A stretch of DNA of 64,000 nt from Leptospirales bacterium (GTDB lineage: Bacteria > Spirochaetota > Leptospiria > Turneriellales > JAOUFE01). Shown here one piece after another: positions 8,872-18,297 of this stretch; the first letter of the stretch is position 1, and each line of letters begins with the position of its first letter. Below the pieces are notes generated by a model. The model saw only the letters and a list, made by a program, of their open reading frames with translations, made no database searches and was not told the DNA's origin. The translations under genes were made by a program, and so were the position numbers. The stretch is taken from contig JBEQLE010000001.1 of the NCBI GenBank assembly GCA_040326155.1, positions 1 through 64,000 on the forward strand, given 5' to 3'.

Positions 8872-9135
8872 AGACATTCGATCAAATAATTTTTTTGTAA
8901 ATGATCAACTACATTTTGGGTTCGAATAATCCACCAGAACTCGCACCAAAATAGGTGCATATCTCCATTTTCGCCGACAAATTTATTTCCTGTGTTTGAT
9001 TATGCTTACGACACGCTTAATAAGAACGGGAGCACTGTCGACCATTATTACCGGGGACTCTTACACCCGTCGGGTGGCCTCGAAATGCCCGAGTTCGACT
9101 ACCCGCTACGTTTAACTAGTATCCGGATTCAAAAG

Positions 9136-9164
9136 CAAGGAAACCGCTTGGGGCGGTTTCCTTG
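9136..9164 (-). terminator. Rho-independent terminator of Rhs gene 1
   Basis: 12-bp stem CAAGGAAACCGC/GCGGTTTCCTTG followed by CTTTT on the minus strand, 13 bp after the stop. Confidence 0.8.
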
Positions 9165-9177
9165 AATCATACGATCT

Positions 9178-12100
9178 TTAAAATTCATGCTTGGTGCCAT
9201 ACCAGTCGTGCAAACCTTTGCGTAAGGTCTCGGTGTATGCATCGTTTAATCCGTTAATCGTACCTAGATCTACCGGGATGGCATACATCGGGGTAAACAA
9301 ATTATAGGCAAAGATCATAGCGTCCGTATAAAATGACGAGCTATTGTAATTGCCTATGAGCATTACCCCTGCAATCGATTTTTCGACTACTCCCACCATA
9401 CCGCCTCTGATTATAACGTTCCCCCCTTTACCAAACATTAAACCTTTAAACCTGGCCAAGTCCTGGCTACTTTCAGCCCATACGGCGAGATCTTCCTTGA
9501 ACCAGCTTCCCCCTATGGCCATGCCTATTCCAAAACCGATGCTGCCGCCTAAAGAGGCCCCTGCTACAGCGTCCGCTTCGGACGATCCCGATGTGCCAAA
9601 GTTTTTGCCGACTACATAACCCACAGTGGACCCGATTGCGTATCCAAACGCGCCACCCGCCGCCATACTGGCAACGTATTTGCCGACTGCCACCCAGCCG
9701 GGAGTCGCTGTTCCGCCGGAGGCCACGGTGAGAACTGCCCCTACCACAACAGCTCCGACAACGTTCACAATTTGATGGGTTTTCATCCGTTCGAGTTTTT
9801 TCTTTTGCTGCTGCTTTGAGTAGGCGCCAAACAAGACAACCATAGCCGCTCCTTCAAAGCTTTGCGATGCTATATCTTCCAAAACCGCCTGCGTTACGGA
9901 TTTAACGATTCGCGTCGTAATTTGTTCTTCGGTTAGACGTCCGTCCGAGTCTCTATATTTTACGGGGTTGCCCAATGTGTACATGTAACGGTTCATTCCT
10001 TGCGGTTGCTTAGGTGCGCCGACACTATCAGGCTGAAGAAAACGTCCGAGTTCCGGGTCGTAAAACCGGGAATCATAAAAATACAACCCAGTTTCACGCT
10101 CTTCTTCTTGCGATGTGTATTTGTATCGAAATATATCGGGGCCCCCGGAGTCAGCTCGATTGATTTCACCGTAGGGGGTGTACGTTAACTCGCTTTTTCC
10201 ATCCATTTGTCCACCTGACACGGGGTGCCCCATAGAGTTAGTGATCATCACGACACTACCTACATGGTCGGTATGATAAAAATACATTCCGGTTGTGGGC
10301 GAACCGGCATTCACGGGACCGGCTCCTGACGGTGGTCCTCCGCCGCCCGGTGGATTTCCACCATTGCCCGGATTATCAACTGACGGCGTGGAAAAGTCGA
10401 CTCCATCCGGTGTGATAAACCAGGGGGCTTTACCCTGGGGATTTTCTTTGGCAGGCCCGCACCCTGCGAGACCGAAGCTCAAGGAAAAGGCCGTTAGGTA
10501 AATGGGTACGGTTATAGCCTTAAATAAAGATATACCGCTTGTATTTCGATATTGGACTACGGAGTAAAACAATAACCCCGTTAATAGCAACAATACCAGA
10601 ATTCCGTAAAACTCCGGTCCGACCTGCCCGTCTTTTACAAAAAGAATCTTGTTGAAAAAAGACCTTGAATAATAGGCCGCTCGATTACGCCAAAAGTCTG
10701 TGCATTTAATGGCGACACCTTTGCAAAGAAAACCGCCCGACAAGGCGGCGATCATCCCAACCTGCGTGTCCGTATTATCCTGAGCAGCCAGCAGTACGGT
10801 ATCCGTTCGTGTATACTGGGCCACGATTTCATTGTGCAAGCCTATAATATACATTGTGTATGAGTGGGGGTTGCCGCCCTTTTTTTCGACTTCGTAAAGG
10901 TTGTCCATGCTATAGACTGTGGTATTGGTCTTTGCCCGGTATATCTTTATCCTGGTTCCTCTATAATCATAAGAATAGTTAATGTTATCTCCGCCGGCCG
11001 TTAATATTGCACTCACCCGTCCGTACCCGTCATAGGTAATGGCGTCCCCGTTCCGGTCTGTCATTTTACCGCTTCCGTCATACGCATAGGTTTTTGTCCC
11101 GAACACCGAACTTTGCGCCTTGGTTACCCCATGTACGTGCAGCGGGTTGTTATACGATAATGTGATATCCCCTTTGGTCGTCATGTTCCCGTTTTCGGAA
11201 TATGCATAGGTACGCGTACCATAATTTCCGCTCGCATTCGTCAATCGATCCAAGTCGTCGTATACAAAAGATTGCGTCCTTGCCGGGTTAATCACGTCTT
11301 CGATATCCGTTATATTCCCATGTGCATTATAAATGTAATTCCGGTTATGTTCAACCGTTCCATCCGCTAAGACGGTTTGCATGGCTTCGGGTCTTTTGGT
11401 AACCGGATCATAAGTGATTTCCGTTTTTACTCCGTTCCCTGTTGTCCGGAATACTTTATATGATCCGTCTTGCTCCATTGTGTAATCGACCACGGTATGA
11501 CCCGTACTCGAACCGTCGGCAGTGTCCATGGTAAGCGCGGATATGCCGCCCCCGTCGGAGTATTGGTAATACACCTTCGCCCCGTCGGGATACGTGATGG
11601 CTTGCAACCTGTTCAACACATCGTACTCGCGATTAAAGATCAAAGTTATATCGTCGGTTTGCCGGGTTGTGGAAATATTGTTTCCCCGAATATCGTAATC
11701 GAAGGAAGTCGTTCCCGACCCGTCGGTAACGCTAGACACCCTCCCTTTTTGAAAAGGGGTGACGTCATAGGTATACGTTACCGATGGCTCTCCGGGAGCG
11801 CTGAGAGTTTTAGTACGATTCAAATCGTCGTAGGTATAATACACGGAACGGTTGGCGCCATCCGTTTGTTGAATCATTCTACCCACGATATCATAGACAG
11901 AGGTTACTCGACCGCCGTTTTTATCTTTTATACTAATCCGGTTGCCTTTTAAGTCGTAAGTAAATGTTGTCACATCTGACGCCGGATCGGTGATTTTCAC
12001 AACCCGCCCGGCGCTATCGTATTGCATTCTCATTATGCCGGATTGGACTTTACGATAATACGGTAATCCTCTTGCGTCATTTTTTACAATTTCACTATTC

Positions 12101-15100
12101 AATAGCGTACCGTCTTTTGCCTTCGTAATCCCTGTGCTATCAAATACACTATATGTATAGGAGTTCGTAGATTCATCGGGGTTTATTATTTTAGTCAATA
12201 TCCCGTCGGGATGACCGTATTCGTAAGATGAATAAATCGGGTCGTGCAGACCGTCCAAATAGGGATCCGTTTTTGAAATCAACCTGTTGCGTTCATCGTA
12301 TTCAAATATTTCCGTAAGGATATTTCCGCCGAACGCTTTTGATTCTTTACGAACACCTCGACCCAGAGAGTCCGTATATTCCCGAACCCAGAAATCGTCA
12401 GCATTCTCATCATCGCGCAGAATTGTCTCGGTATATTCCAGCCCGGGGTCACCCGTGTTATGATAAACAAATTGCCTGGTCCACTGGGTTTCGCCGGGGG
12501 AGATAATTTCTTTCAGGCGTCCGTACTCGTCGTAGTTTTTGGCCTCGATGCCTCCGTTCGGATACTCCGATGTCAAAACAACGCCGAAGTTATAGTCGTG
12601 AGTTTTTTTGGTTATAAACCCAAGCGGATTTGTTGTCTGTTCAATAAAAATACCGGCATAGGTGTCATACGTAAATGTCGTTTGGCGACCGAGCGGATCT
12701 TCAACAAGCGTAACGTTTCCATATGTATCATATTCCAGAAAATAGCTTTTTGCCCAGTTTCCGGAACCGGTATAATCGTGCAATTCGCTCAGTTGATCAT
12801 TGGAATAAAAGTATTTTTTATGTTCCAAAATGGCACCGTTACTTTTTTTAACACTTGCTTCTAATCGCGAAAGAATCCAGGATGTTTCGTTTGTATAATA
12901 TGATCTCGAGAAAACCTGACTAAATGTATTATTTAGACTGGTGTTAGACTCGATGATATTGTTATAGCGGTCGTATACAGGAGAATTATTAATCGTTTTA
13001 ATTTTCACCCCTGCCTGGTATACTTCATTTGTACTTTTTTTAGGTCTTACGATCAGCATACCGAAATGGCTGTTTAATTTTTCATAATTAATGACACTCC
13101 GATTTTGCAGAACACTACCATCATACCCGTAACTCGCATACACCAACCCTGCATAATCCCATGAATCTTGAATATATTTATCCAAGAGGTATTGGCCGGT
13201 ATTATTATTTAAACTCTTGATGTAGGAAAAACCGAGCGCTGTTCTGCGATAACGAGAGTCGCCTAAAAAGACCTTACTTTCTCCGTAAGAATAAGTAAAC
13301 GAACGCGTTATATTCGCCCCGTAATCCGTGGTTATATTGGTCACCACATGATCCGGAAAAATGTTGGGTTTGAGCGGTTGCGTCGTCGTTAACGGTAAAT
13401 TTACAATCCCACCGATATGCATGGGTATGTCATATCGTACATTTGTACTTCTACCTTTGCTGTCGGAAATTTCGGTAAGTATATCGTTTGGCCCCGTAAC
13501 GGGGGTTAAATATAAATGTAACCTACCGTTTGTCGAATGGGAGGTATTATTTTGTCGACGAAAGGTGGCAAAGCCTTCATTCGTATTATAAAATATCTGT
13601 TCTTTTCCGGAAGAAATTCCGATAAAGTCGGCTCGCCCATCTGAGTTGTAATCGGCTAACGAATGAAATCCCTGCGAAGCAAAATCATAATCTCCGCCAG
13701 GATTAAAATAAACCGACTCATTAAGAGTGCGGGAATAAGAAATATAAGTTTTTCCATTATAGAATCGAACAAAATCAGCCCGGCCATCGCCATCCACATC
13801 GGCAAAGCTTTTTGAATTTCTCCAGTTACCATAGGCTTCATTGGTAACGCGCTGCATATCGTCGTTGTCTGAAGTCGTCGGTGAAGCTTCCGTAATATTA
13901 ATCCGAATCCCGTACGTTTTATATTCATCTCCCTCTGAGTCATATAAATTAACTGTTAAATTGGGAGTTTCAAAAATGATCGTATCCTTATTGCCATCGC
14001 CGTTAAGGTCGACGGAACTATTTCCCGATTCGCTGACAGAAAAAGACGACGCATAAGCACCGGTTGCGGAGTTGTACAGTTGAATGTTCAGGGAGTCCCC
14101 CGCAAACGTGACACGGTCATCAAAACCATCGCGGTCGACATCATGCAATGAAAAGTTCGCCGACGATGTACCTCCCATCCCCTCGGTGGTTAAGTGAGTA
14201 AAATTTACCGGCCGCGTAATTTTAGTAGAAAATTCATTTCCATCAAACAAGTGGATGATTAATTCGGCACCGTTAAAGACTATAAAATCCAAATAACCGT
14301 CGCCGTTAACGTCATTTAAAAATCGGTTTCCATCTGTTCCTATCGTAACATCCGAAGTGGTGTTTTTAAGAACCGTAAAATTATAAGAGTTTATAAAACT
14401 CACGAGAATTTTAGACCCGCTGATGCGTACAAAATCAGCCACACCATCTTTATCCATATCTATAAAATTTTGATATGAGTCCCCTAAATCATTTATGTTT
14501 ATCGTCCTGGCGGAACTAAACGTGGAACCGTACGAAGTGTATACTTTGACAATATCCCCCGGATTGAATTCGATATAGTCGGCTCTTCCATCACCGGTTA
14601 TATCTGCGGCAAAATTTTTAATGATCTTTTCACTTGCTTTAGGAAGATTGATACTCATACCGGTCATCGTGACAACGTTTAACGGATTTGCTGAGTTAGA
14701 GCTTGCATAAGCGACTTTTAAATCTCTGCCATTTTCTTCTAATATTAATAAATCCATTCGCATATCCCCGTTAAAATCAGCGGGAATCATATAGGAATTT
14801 TCCGTCATATTTATTGTTTGCGTTCCGGTAATTGTGGGCTTAATTCCACGGTCATTGACATAGTTTACCGACAGTTTATTGTTATTTTGGATCCCGGTAA
14901 TGCGAACAAAGTCGGGCTTCGTATCTCCGTCTACATCCATAAAATAGGTTTTAGAACCCTCCACACCGTCAAGACAGGGTTTGGTATACATCCCAACAAA
15001 ATACGCGCACATTTCATACACATGTGGGCCGAAAGTCGCTACGCAAGGGGCGTAAGCTGAGCATAGACAGGAAATTCTGCCCCAATGGCATGGAGTTTGG

Positions 15101-16068
15101 TCGGCCAACGGGTAATGGTAGTTTAAATTGTTAAAGACCCCCGAATTAAAATCCGAGACGCGGGTTATGGGATGGTCCGAATAATTTAAAACCAAGGGAT
15201 CGTAATTATCTCTTTCTATTTTCACCAGGCGGCTGCGATTTGTAAAACCGGTTTGCTCGTAGACAAAAGTATATTGTTCGACATCCGTTCCGTTTACGGC
15301 TACGGAGATTTGATGTAACCTCTTTGTATATCCTTTGGTATTCGCCGAAGCAAAACCCGGGGTGGTATCGCCTCTGGATTCATATGTGAAAGTGATTACC
15401 ACTTTCCCCCCGTTATAAGAAATACTAGCCGGATATAAGACACCGTCGATTTGTGATTGGCTGGTATAGGTGATATCGTAGCCGTTGTTGTTTAAATCTC
15501 TTACGGAACTTAGACCCCAGGCATTTGTATAGGCTGCGTGAGTCCCGTTCCCCGCAACCTTGGAATTAACGGATGTGCCGAATTTATATTTTATGCCGGA
15601 TCTCATATGGGCATTCCAGGAGACCGGTCCGAAGGTCGATGGTTGCACGGGTTCAAAACGTATAAAAGATTCCCTTTCCGAATGATAATAATTTCCGAAG
15701 GAGCCGGATATTTTTCTCATTCTTCCGGCCAGTGAACTTGTGTAATCATCTCTCCAATTATAATGTACACCGAGTTGTTCATTGCGGGAAATAAAATGTA
15801 TTCCCCGCAAGCTCCAGCCTACCCCTGCGATTCCGTTTTTACCACCGGAGTTATAGGTTAAGGATAATTCAGGGAGTAGATCTTTTGTTGCGGGCGGTAT
15901 GCGTATTGGCAAAGAAGTAACGGCTTTCCCGTTTGCATTAATTGTTACCGCCGGCAGGCCTTGCGGAATTGTCGCATTCACCGGGAAACCTTGCAATTGT
16001 AAGAGAGCTGTGAGCAACATAAAAACTTTTATAAAATACTTGCCGTAACGTTTCGTTTTTTTAGACAT
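9178..16068 (-). CDS. Giant SpvB/FG-GAP/YD-repeat Rhs protein (TcB-TcC-like fusion)
   Basis: Signal peptide; SpvB-like N-terminus (PELSLTYNSGGKNGIAGVGWSL); FG-GAP repeats (DVDGD/DFNGD/DVNGDG); YD repeats; core YFYHTDHVGS...YDSRFYDPELGRFLQPD...NPVKYRDSDG. AGGAG RBS before ATG 16068. Confidence 0.92.
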   Translation of the reverse strand: MSKKTKRYGKYFIKVFMLLTALLQLQGFPVNATIPQGLPAVTINANGKAVTSLPIRIPPATKDLLPELSLTYNSGGKNGIAGVGWSLRGIHFISRNEQLGVHYNWRDDYTSSLAGRMRKISGSFGNYYHSERESFIRFEPVQPSTFGPVSWNAHMRSGIKYKFGTSVNSKVAGNGTHAAYTNAWGLSSVRDLNNNGYDITYTSQSQIDGVLYPASISYNGGKVVITFTYESRGDTTPGFASANTKGYTKRLHQISVAVNGTDVEQYTFVYEQTGFTNRSRLVKIERDNYDPLVLNYSDHPITRVSDFNSGVFNNLNYHYPLADQTPCHWGRISCLCSAYAPCVATFGPHVYEMCAYFVGMYTKPCLDGVEGSKTYFMDVDGDTKPDFVRITGIQNNNKLSVNYVNDRGIKPTITGTQTINMTENSYMIPADFNGDMRMDLLILEENGRDLKVAYASSNSANPLNVVTMTGMSINLPKASEKIIKNFAADITGDGRADYIEFNPGDIVKVYTSYGSTFSSARTININDLGDSYQNFIDMDKDGVADFVRISGSKILVSFINSYNFTVLKNTTSDVTIGTDGNRFLNDVNGDGYLDFIVFNGAELIIHLFDGNEFSTKITRPVNFTHLTTEGMGGTSSANFSLHDVDRDGFDDRVTFAGDSLNIQLYNSATGAYASSFSVSESGNSSVDLNGDGNKDTIIFETPNLTVNLYDSEGDEYKTYGIRINITEASPTTSDNDDMQRVTNEAYGNWRNSKSFADVDGDGRADFVRFYNGKTYISYSRTLNESVYFNPGGDYDFASQGFHSLADYNSDGRADFIGISSGKEQIFYNTNEGFATFRRQNNTSHSTNGRLHLYLTPVTGPNDILTEISDSKGRSTNVRYDIPMHIGGIVNLPLTTTQPLKPNIFPDHVVTNITTDYGANITRSFTYSYGESKVFLGDSRYRRTALGFSYIKSLNNNTGQYLLDKYIQDSWDYAGLVYASYGYDGSVLQNRSVINYEKLNSHFGMLIVRPKKSTNEVYQAGVKIKTINNSPVYDRYNNIIESNTSLNNTFSQVFSRSYYTNETSWILSRLEASVKKSNGAILEHKKYFYSNDQLSELHDYTGSGNWAKSYFLEYDTYGNVTLVEDPLGRQTTFTYDTYAGIFIEQTTNPLGFITKKTHDYNFGVVLTSEYPNGGIEAKNYDEYGRLKEIISPGETQWTRQFVYHNTGDPGLEYTETILRDDENADDFWVREYTDSLGRGVRKESKAFGGNILTEIFEYDERNRLISKTDPYLDGLHDPIYSSYEYGHPDGILTKIINPDESTNSYTYSVFDSTGITKAKDGTLLNSEIVKNDARGLPYYRKVQSGIMRMQYDSAGRVVKITDPASDVTTFTYDLKGNRISIKDKNGGRVTSVYDIVGRMIQQTDGANRSVYYTYDDLNRTKTLSAPGEPSVTYTYDVTPFQKGRVSSVTDGSGTTSFDYDIRGNNISTTRQTDDITLIFNREYDVLNRLQAITYPDGAKVYYQYSDGGGISALTMDTADGSSTGHTVVDYTMEQDGSYKVFRTTGNGVKTEITYDPVTKRPEAMQTVLADGTVEHNRNYIYNAHGNITDIEDVINPARTQSFVYDDLDRLTNASGNYGTRTYAYSENGNMTTKGDITLSYNNPLHVHGVTKAQSSVFGTKTYAYDGSGKMTDRNGDAITYDGYGRVSAILTAGGDNINYSYDYRGTRIKIYRAKTNTTVYSMDNLYEVEKKGGNPHSYTMYIIGLHNEIVAQYTRTDTVLLAAQDNTDTQVGMIAALSGGFLCKGVAIKCTDFWRNRAAYYSRSFFNKILFVKDGQVGPEFYGILVLLLLTGLLFYSVVQYRNTSGISLFKAITVPIYLTAFSLSFGLAGCGPAKENPQGKAPWFITPDGVDFSTPSVDNPGNGGNPPGGGGPPSGAGPVNAGSPTTGMYFYHTDHVGSVVMITNSMGHPVSGGQMDGKSELTYTPYGEINRADSGGPDIFRYKYTSQEEERETGLYFYDSRFYDPELGRFLQPDSVGAPKQPQGMNRYMYTLGNPVKYRDSDGRLTEEQITTRIVKSVTQAVLEDIASQSFEGAAMVVLFGAYSKQQQKKKLERMKTHQIVNVVGAVVVGAVLTVASGGTATPGWVAVGKYVASMAAGGAFGYAIGSTVGYVVGKNFGTSGSSEADAVAGASLGGSIGFGIGMAIGGSWFKEDLAVWAESSQDLARFKGLMFGKGGNVIIRGGMVGVVEKSIAGVMLIGNYNSSSFYTDAMIFAYNLFTPMYAIPVDLGTINGLNDAYTETLRKGLHDWYGTKHEF

Positions 16069-16229
16069 TTGAATTCTCCTTTTTCCACACAACAAAAATT
16101 GTTTGTCGTCAAATTCAGCATTTAAATCCACGCTGAAACCGAACCGGGATTTATTAAACCATTTATATAACAAAAAGGGAACCAAGTCAATGGGATGTTT
16201 ATCCTATTGGCTCCATCTGGGTACACGCC

Positions 16230-16475
16230 ATGCGTAAGTTTTTTGATGAAGCAACAAAAACCAATGAAGATTCTTATGGAATCCGTTATGCAGTGGATTT
16301 TGAGCAAAGTAATAATGGAATTTCATTCACAATTCGCACAGCACGGATAGTAGAATTGTTGGACTCTGAAACTTTTGATGTAGAGTTCCATGACAATAAC
16401 GGAAAAACGTATGCAATTAAATCCATCGACTCAAGGAAACTAATGGTTCTAAATTATCATGCGATTGCAAATTAA
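16230..16475 (+). CDS. Hypothetical protein
   Basis: 81-aa ORF with globular-looking composition; no family recognised. Confidence 0.4.
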   Translation: MRKFFDEATKTNEDSYGIRYAVDFEQSNNGISFTIRTARIVELLDSETFDVEFHDNNGKTYAIKSIDSRKLMVLNYHAIAN

Positions 16476-16798
16476 CCGAAATCAAACTGTTCTAAAAAAA
16501 CCTTCCGATAACAAACTTCCACCTCCACACGCCCCCCCCCTAATTCTAGCTTGCCTTGAGTACTCAGCTGATTTGATCGCATCAGAGGAATTATTGTAGA
16601 TTAGTGTGTCGATTTACGAATATTCAAAGAAGCACCGAATTCTGACTGCAGTTTGTCATGTTCGCAAGTTTTCAAGCAATAAAATCTATTGACATCCTTG
16701 CCATACATATTAAGTTATTAAAATTACTCAAATAAAATATTAAATCGATAATATTTGCGCAGAGTAAAAATTAGAAATAGCAGTAAAAGGAGATTAAA

Positions 16799-17122
16799 AT
16801 GAGTGGAAATCATGAAGGAAGTGACGGAGGTCACCAGAGGAGTGAAACAATTACTTTAAATTCATTTGAAGCAAATTTAGCTTCAGTATGTGTAGCAATT
16901 GTTTTCGGTTCCATTGGGGGTAATATTGGTACATTGCTAACGGGCTTGTTACCATTTTGGGGTTTGATTACACTAATACTTGCTCTCGGATTTATTTTCC
17001 CTTGGATTGTATGTAAATACTTATTTAAAACTGCCCATGAATGGTATGGCCCCGCTTCTTGGCAACACAGAATGTACGATGGCATCGGAATAGTTGCTGC
17101 CGTTGCAGCATATTACATATAG
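16799..17122 (+). CDS. Small hypothetical membrane protein
   Basis: AGGAG RBS, 107 aa, 2-3 hydrophobic segments; TTGACA upstream at ~16689. Confidence 0.7.
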   Translation: MSGNHEGSDGGHQRSETITLNSFEANLASVCVAIVFGSIGGNIGTLLTGLLPFWGLITLILALGFIFPWIVCKYLFKTAHEWYGPASWQHRMYDGIGIVAAVAAYYI

Positions 17123-17258
17123 AACTCGATCTTCTTCGGAAAATATATCTGCATCAACTTTTGTTCTCAGATAATATTTTATTGCTGAAATATCTTCCTG
17201 ATTAAAAGTTTCATTCGTATTTTGGTTTACCTGAATTGAGCCACAGGAGATTATACGG

Positions 17259-17378
17259 AAGGGGTAGCGTAGAACCGGGCGGGGCTTGCCCCGCTTGGTT
17301 CGGAGCGAGGGGAAAATGGAAAATTCGGGTAAAGTATTTACCAAATTTCCCCCGCTAGTTCTAGTTCTAGCTCTAAAG
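17259..17378. repeat. Intergenic REP/MITE-like element, copy 2
   Basis: Homologous to 8759-8871 but with a different internal hairpin (gaaccgggcggggcttgccccgcttggttc). Confidence 0.6.
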
Positions 17379-17388
17379 ATCAGATATT

Positions 17389-18255
17389 TTAAAAATATCC
17401 GGGCAATAGTGCATTTAATCTGAGGCGGTCTTCTTCGGAACGTTTATGGGGCGATGTCAAGATGCCAAATTTAACGGAACCCTTCCAGTGGGAATCTTTT
17501 CCAACGCGCGGTAAAAAGTCGGGTAGCATATCTTGAATAACTTTTTTAGCGTTTTCGGTATTTTCATGGACCGTTTTTAAAATTTGATCGGTGGTTACCG
17601 CCTCTTCGGACTCCCTCCAGGAGTCGTAATCGGTGGACATGCACACCATCTGGTAGGACATTTCAAGTTCTCGTGCCAGTTTCGCTTCGGGTACAGCTGT
17701 CATGTTTATAATGCCCGCGCCCCAGGAGCGGTAAAGTTTTGACTCGGCTCTGGTTGAAAACTGAGGGCCTTCCATACAAATGAGAGTTTGGTCGGTATGC
17801 AGTGGAACATTAGTAGCTTTAATATGTTTTTCGAGTATTGCAGAAAGTTCCGCGTCGAAGGGGTCGCCGAAAGAGACATGGACCACAATGCCACCGTCAT
17901 AAAAGGTATCATCCCGGTGTCGAGTTCGGTCAATAATTTGTGAAGGCAGTACAAAATGGGTGGGAGCAATCTCTTCTTGCAGCGAACCTACAGAAGAAAA
18001 TGCAACGATCTCTTCAACGCCAAGCGATTTCAAGGCCGCCATGTTTGCTAGTTGCGGAATGTTTGTCGGAGAGTAGAAGTGCCCTTTCCCGTGACGTGGT
18101 AAAAATGCTATAAGCAAATTATCCAGTTTTGCTACGGTAATACTATCGGATGGGTTTCCCCAGGCGGTGTCGGGAAACACACTGTCGACAACTTCCAAGC
18201 CTGGTACGTCGTATAACCCTGTTCCGCCAATAATTGCTAAATGTACTTTTTCCAT
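17389..18255 (-). CDS. mtnP: S-methyl-5'-thioadenosine phosphorylase
   Basis: IIGGTG, FLPRHG, CMEGPQFSTRAES, INMTAVPEAKLARE, STDYDSW. Confidence 0.93.
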   Translation of the reverse strand: MEKVHLAIIGGTGLYDVPGLEVVDSVFPDTAWGNPSDSITVAKLDNLLIAFLPRHGKGHFYSPTNIPQLANMAALKSLGVEEIVAFSSVGSLQEEIAPTHFVLPSQIIDRTRHRDDTFYDGGIVVHVSFGDPFDAELSAILEKHIKATNVPLHTDQTLICMEGPQFSTRAESKLYRSWGAGIINMTAVPEAKLARELEMSYQMVCMSTDYDSWRESEEAVTTDQILKTVHENTENAKKVIQDMLPDFLPRVGKDSHWKGSVKFGILTSPHKRSEEDRLRLNALLPGYF

Positions 18256-18297
18256 AATTCTTCCTTTTAATGCGATTTTTGTTCTATTATCTATTCG

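Noticed and set aside
9350..15735. Numerous short antisense or alternate-frame ORFs inside Rhs1 (and likewise inside Rhs2, MCP, dxs, arsM and the repeat lipoprotein)
   Set aside because: Shadow ORFs fully overlapping well-supported genes.
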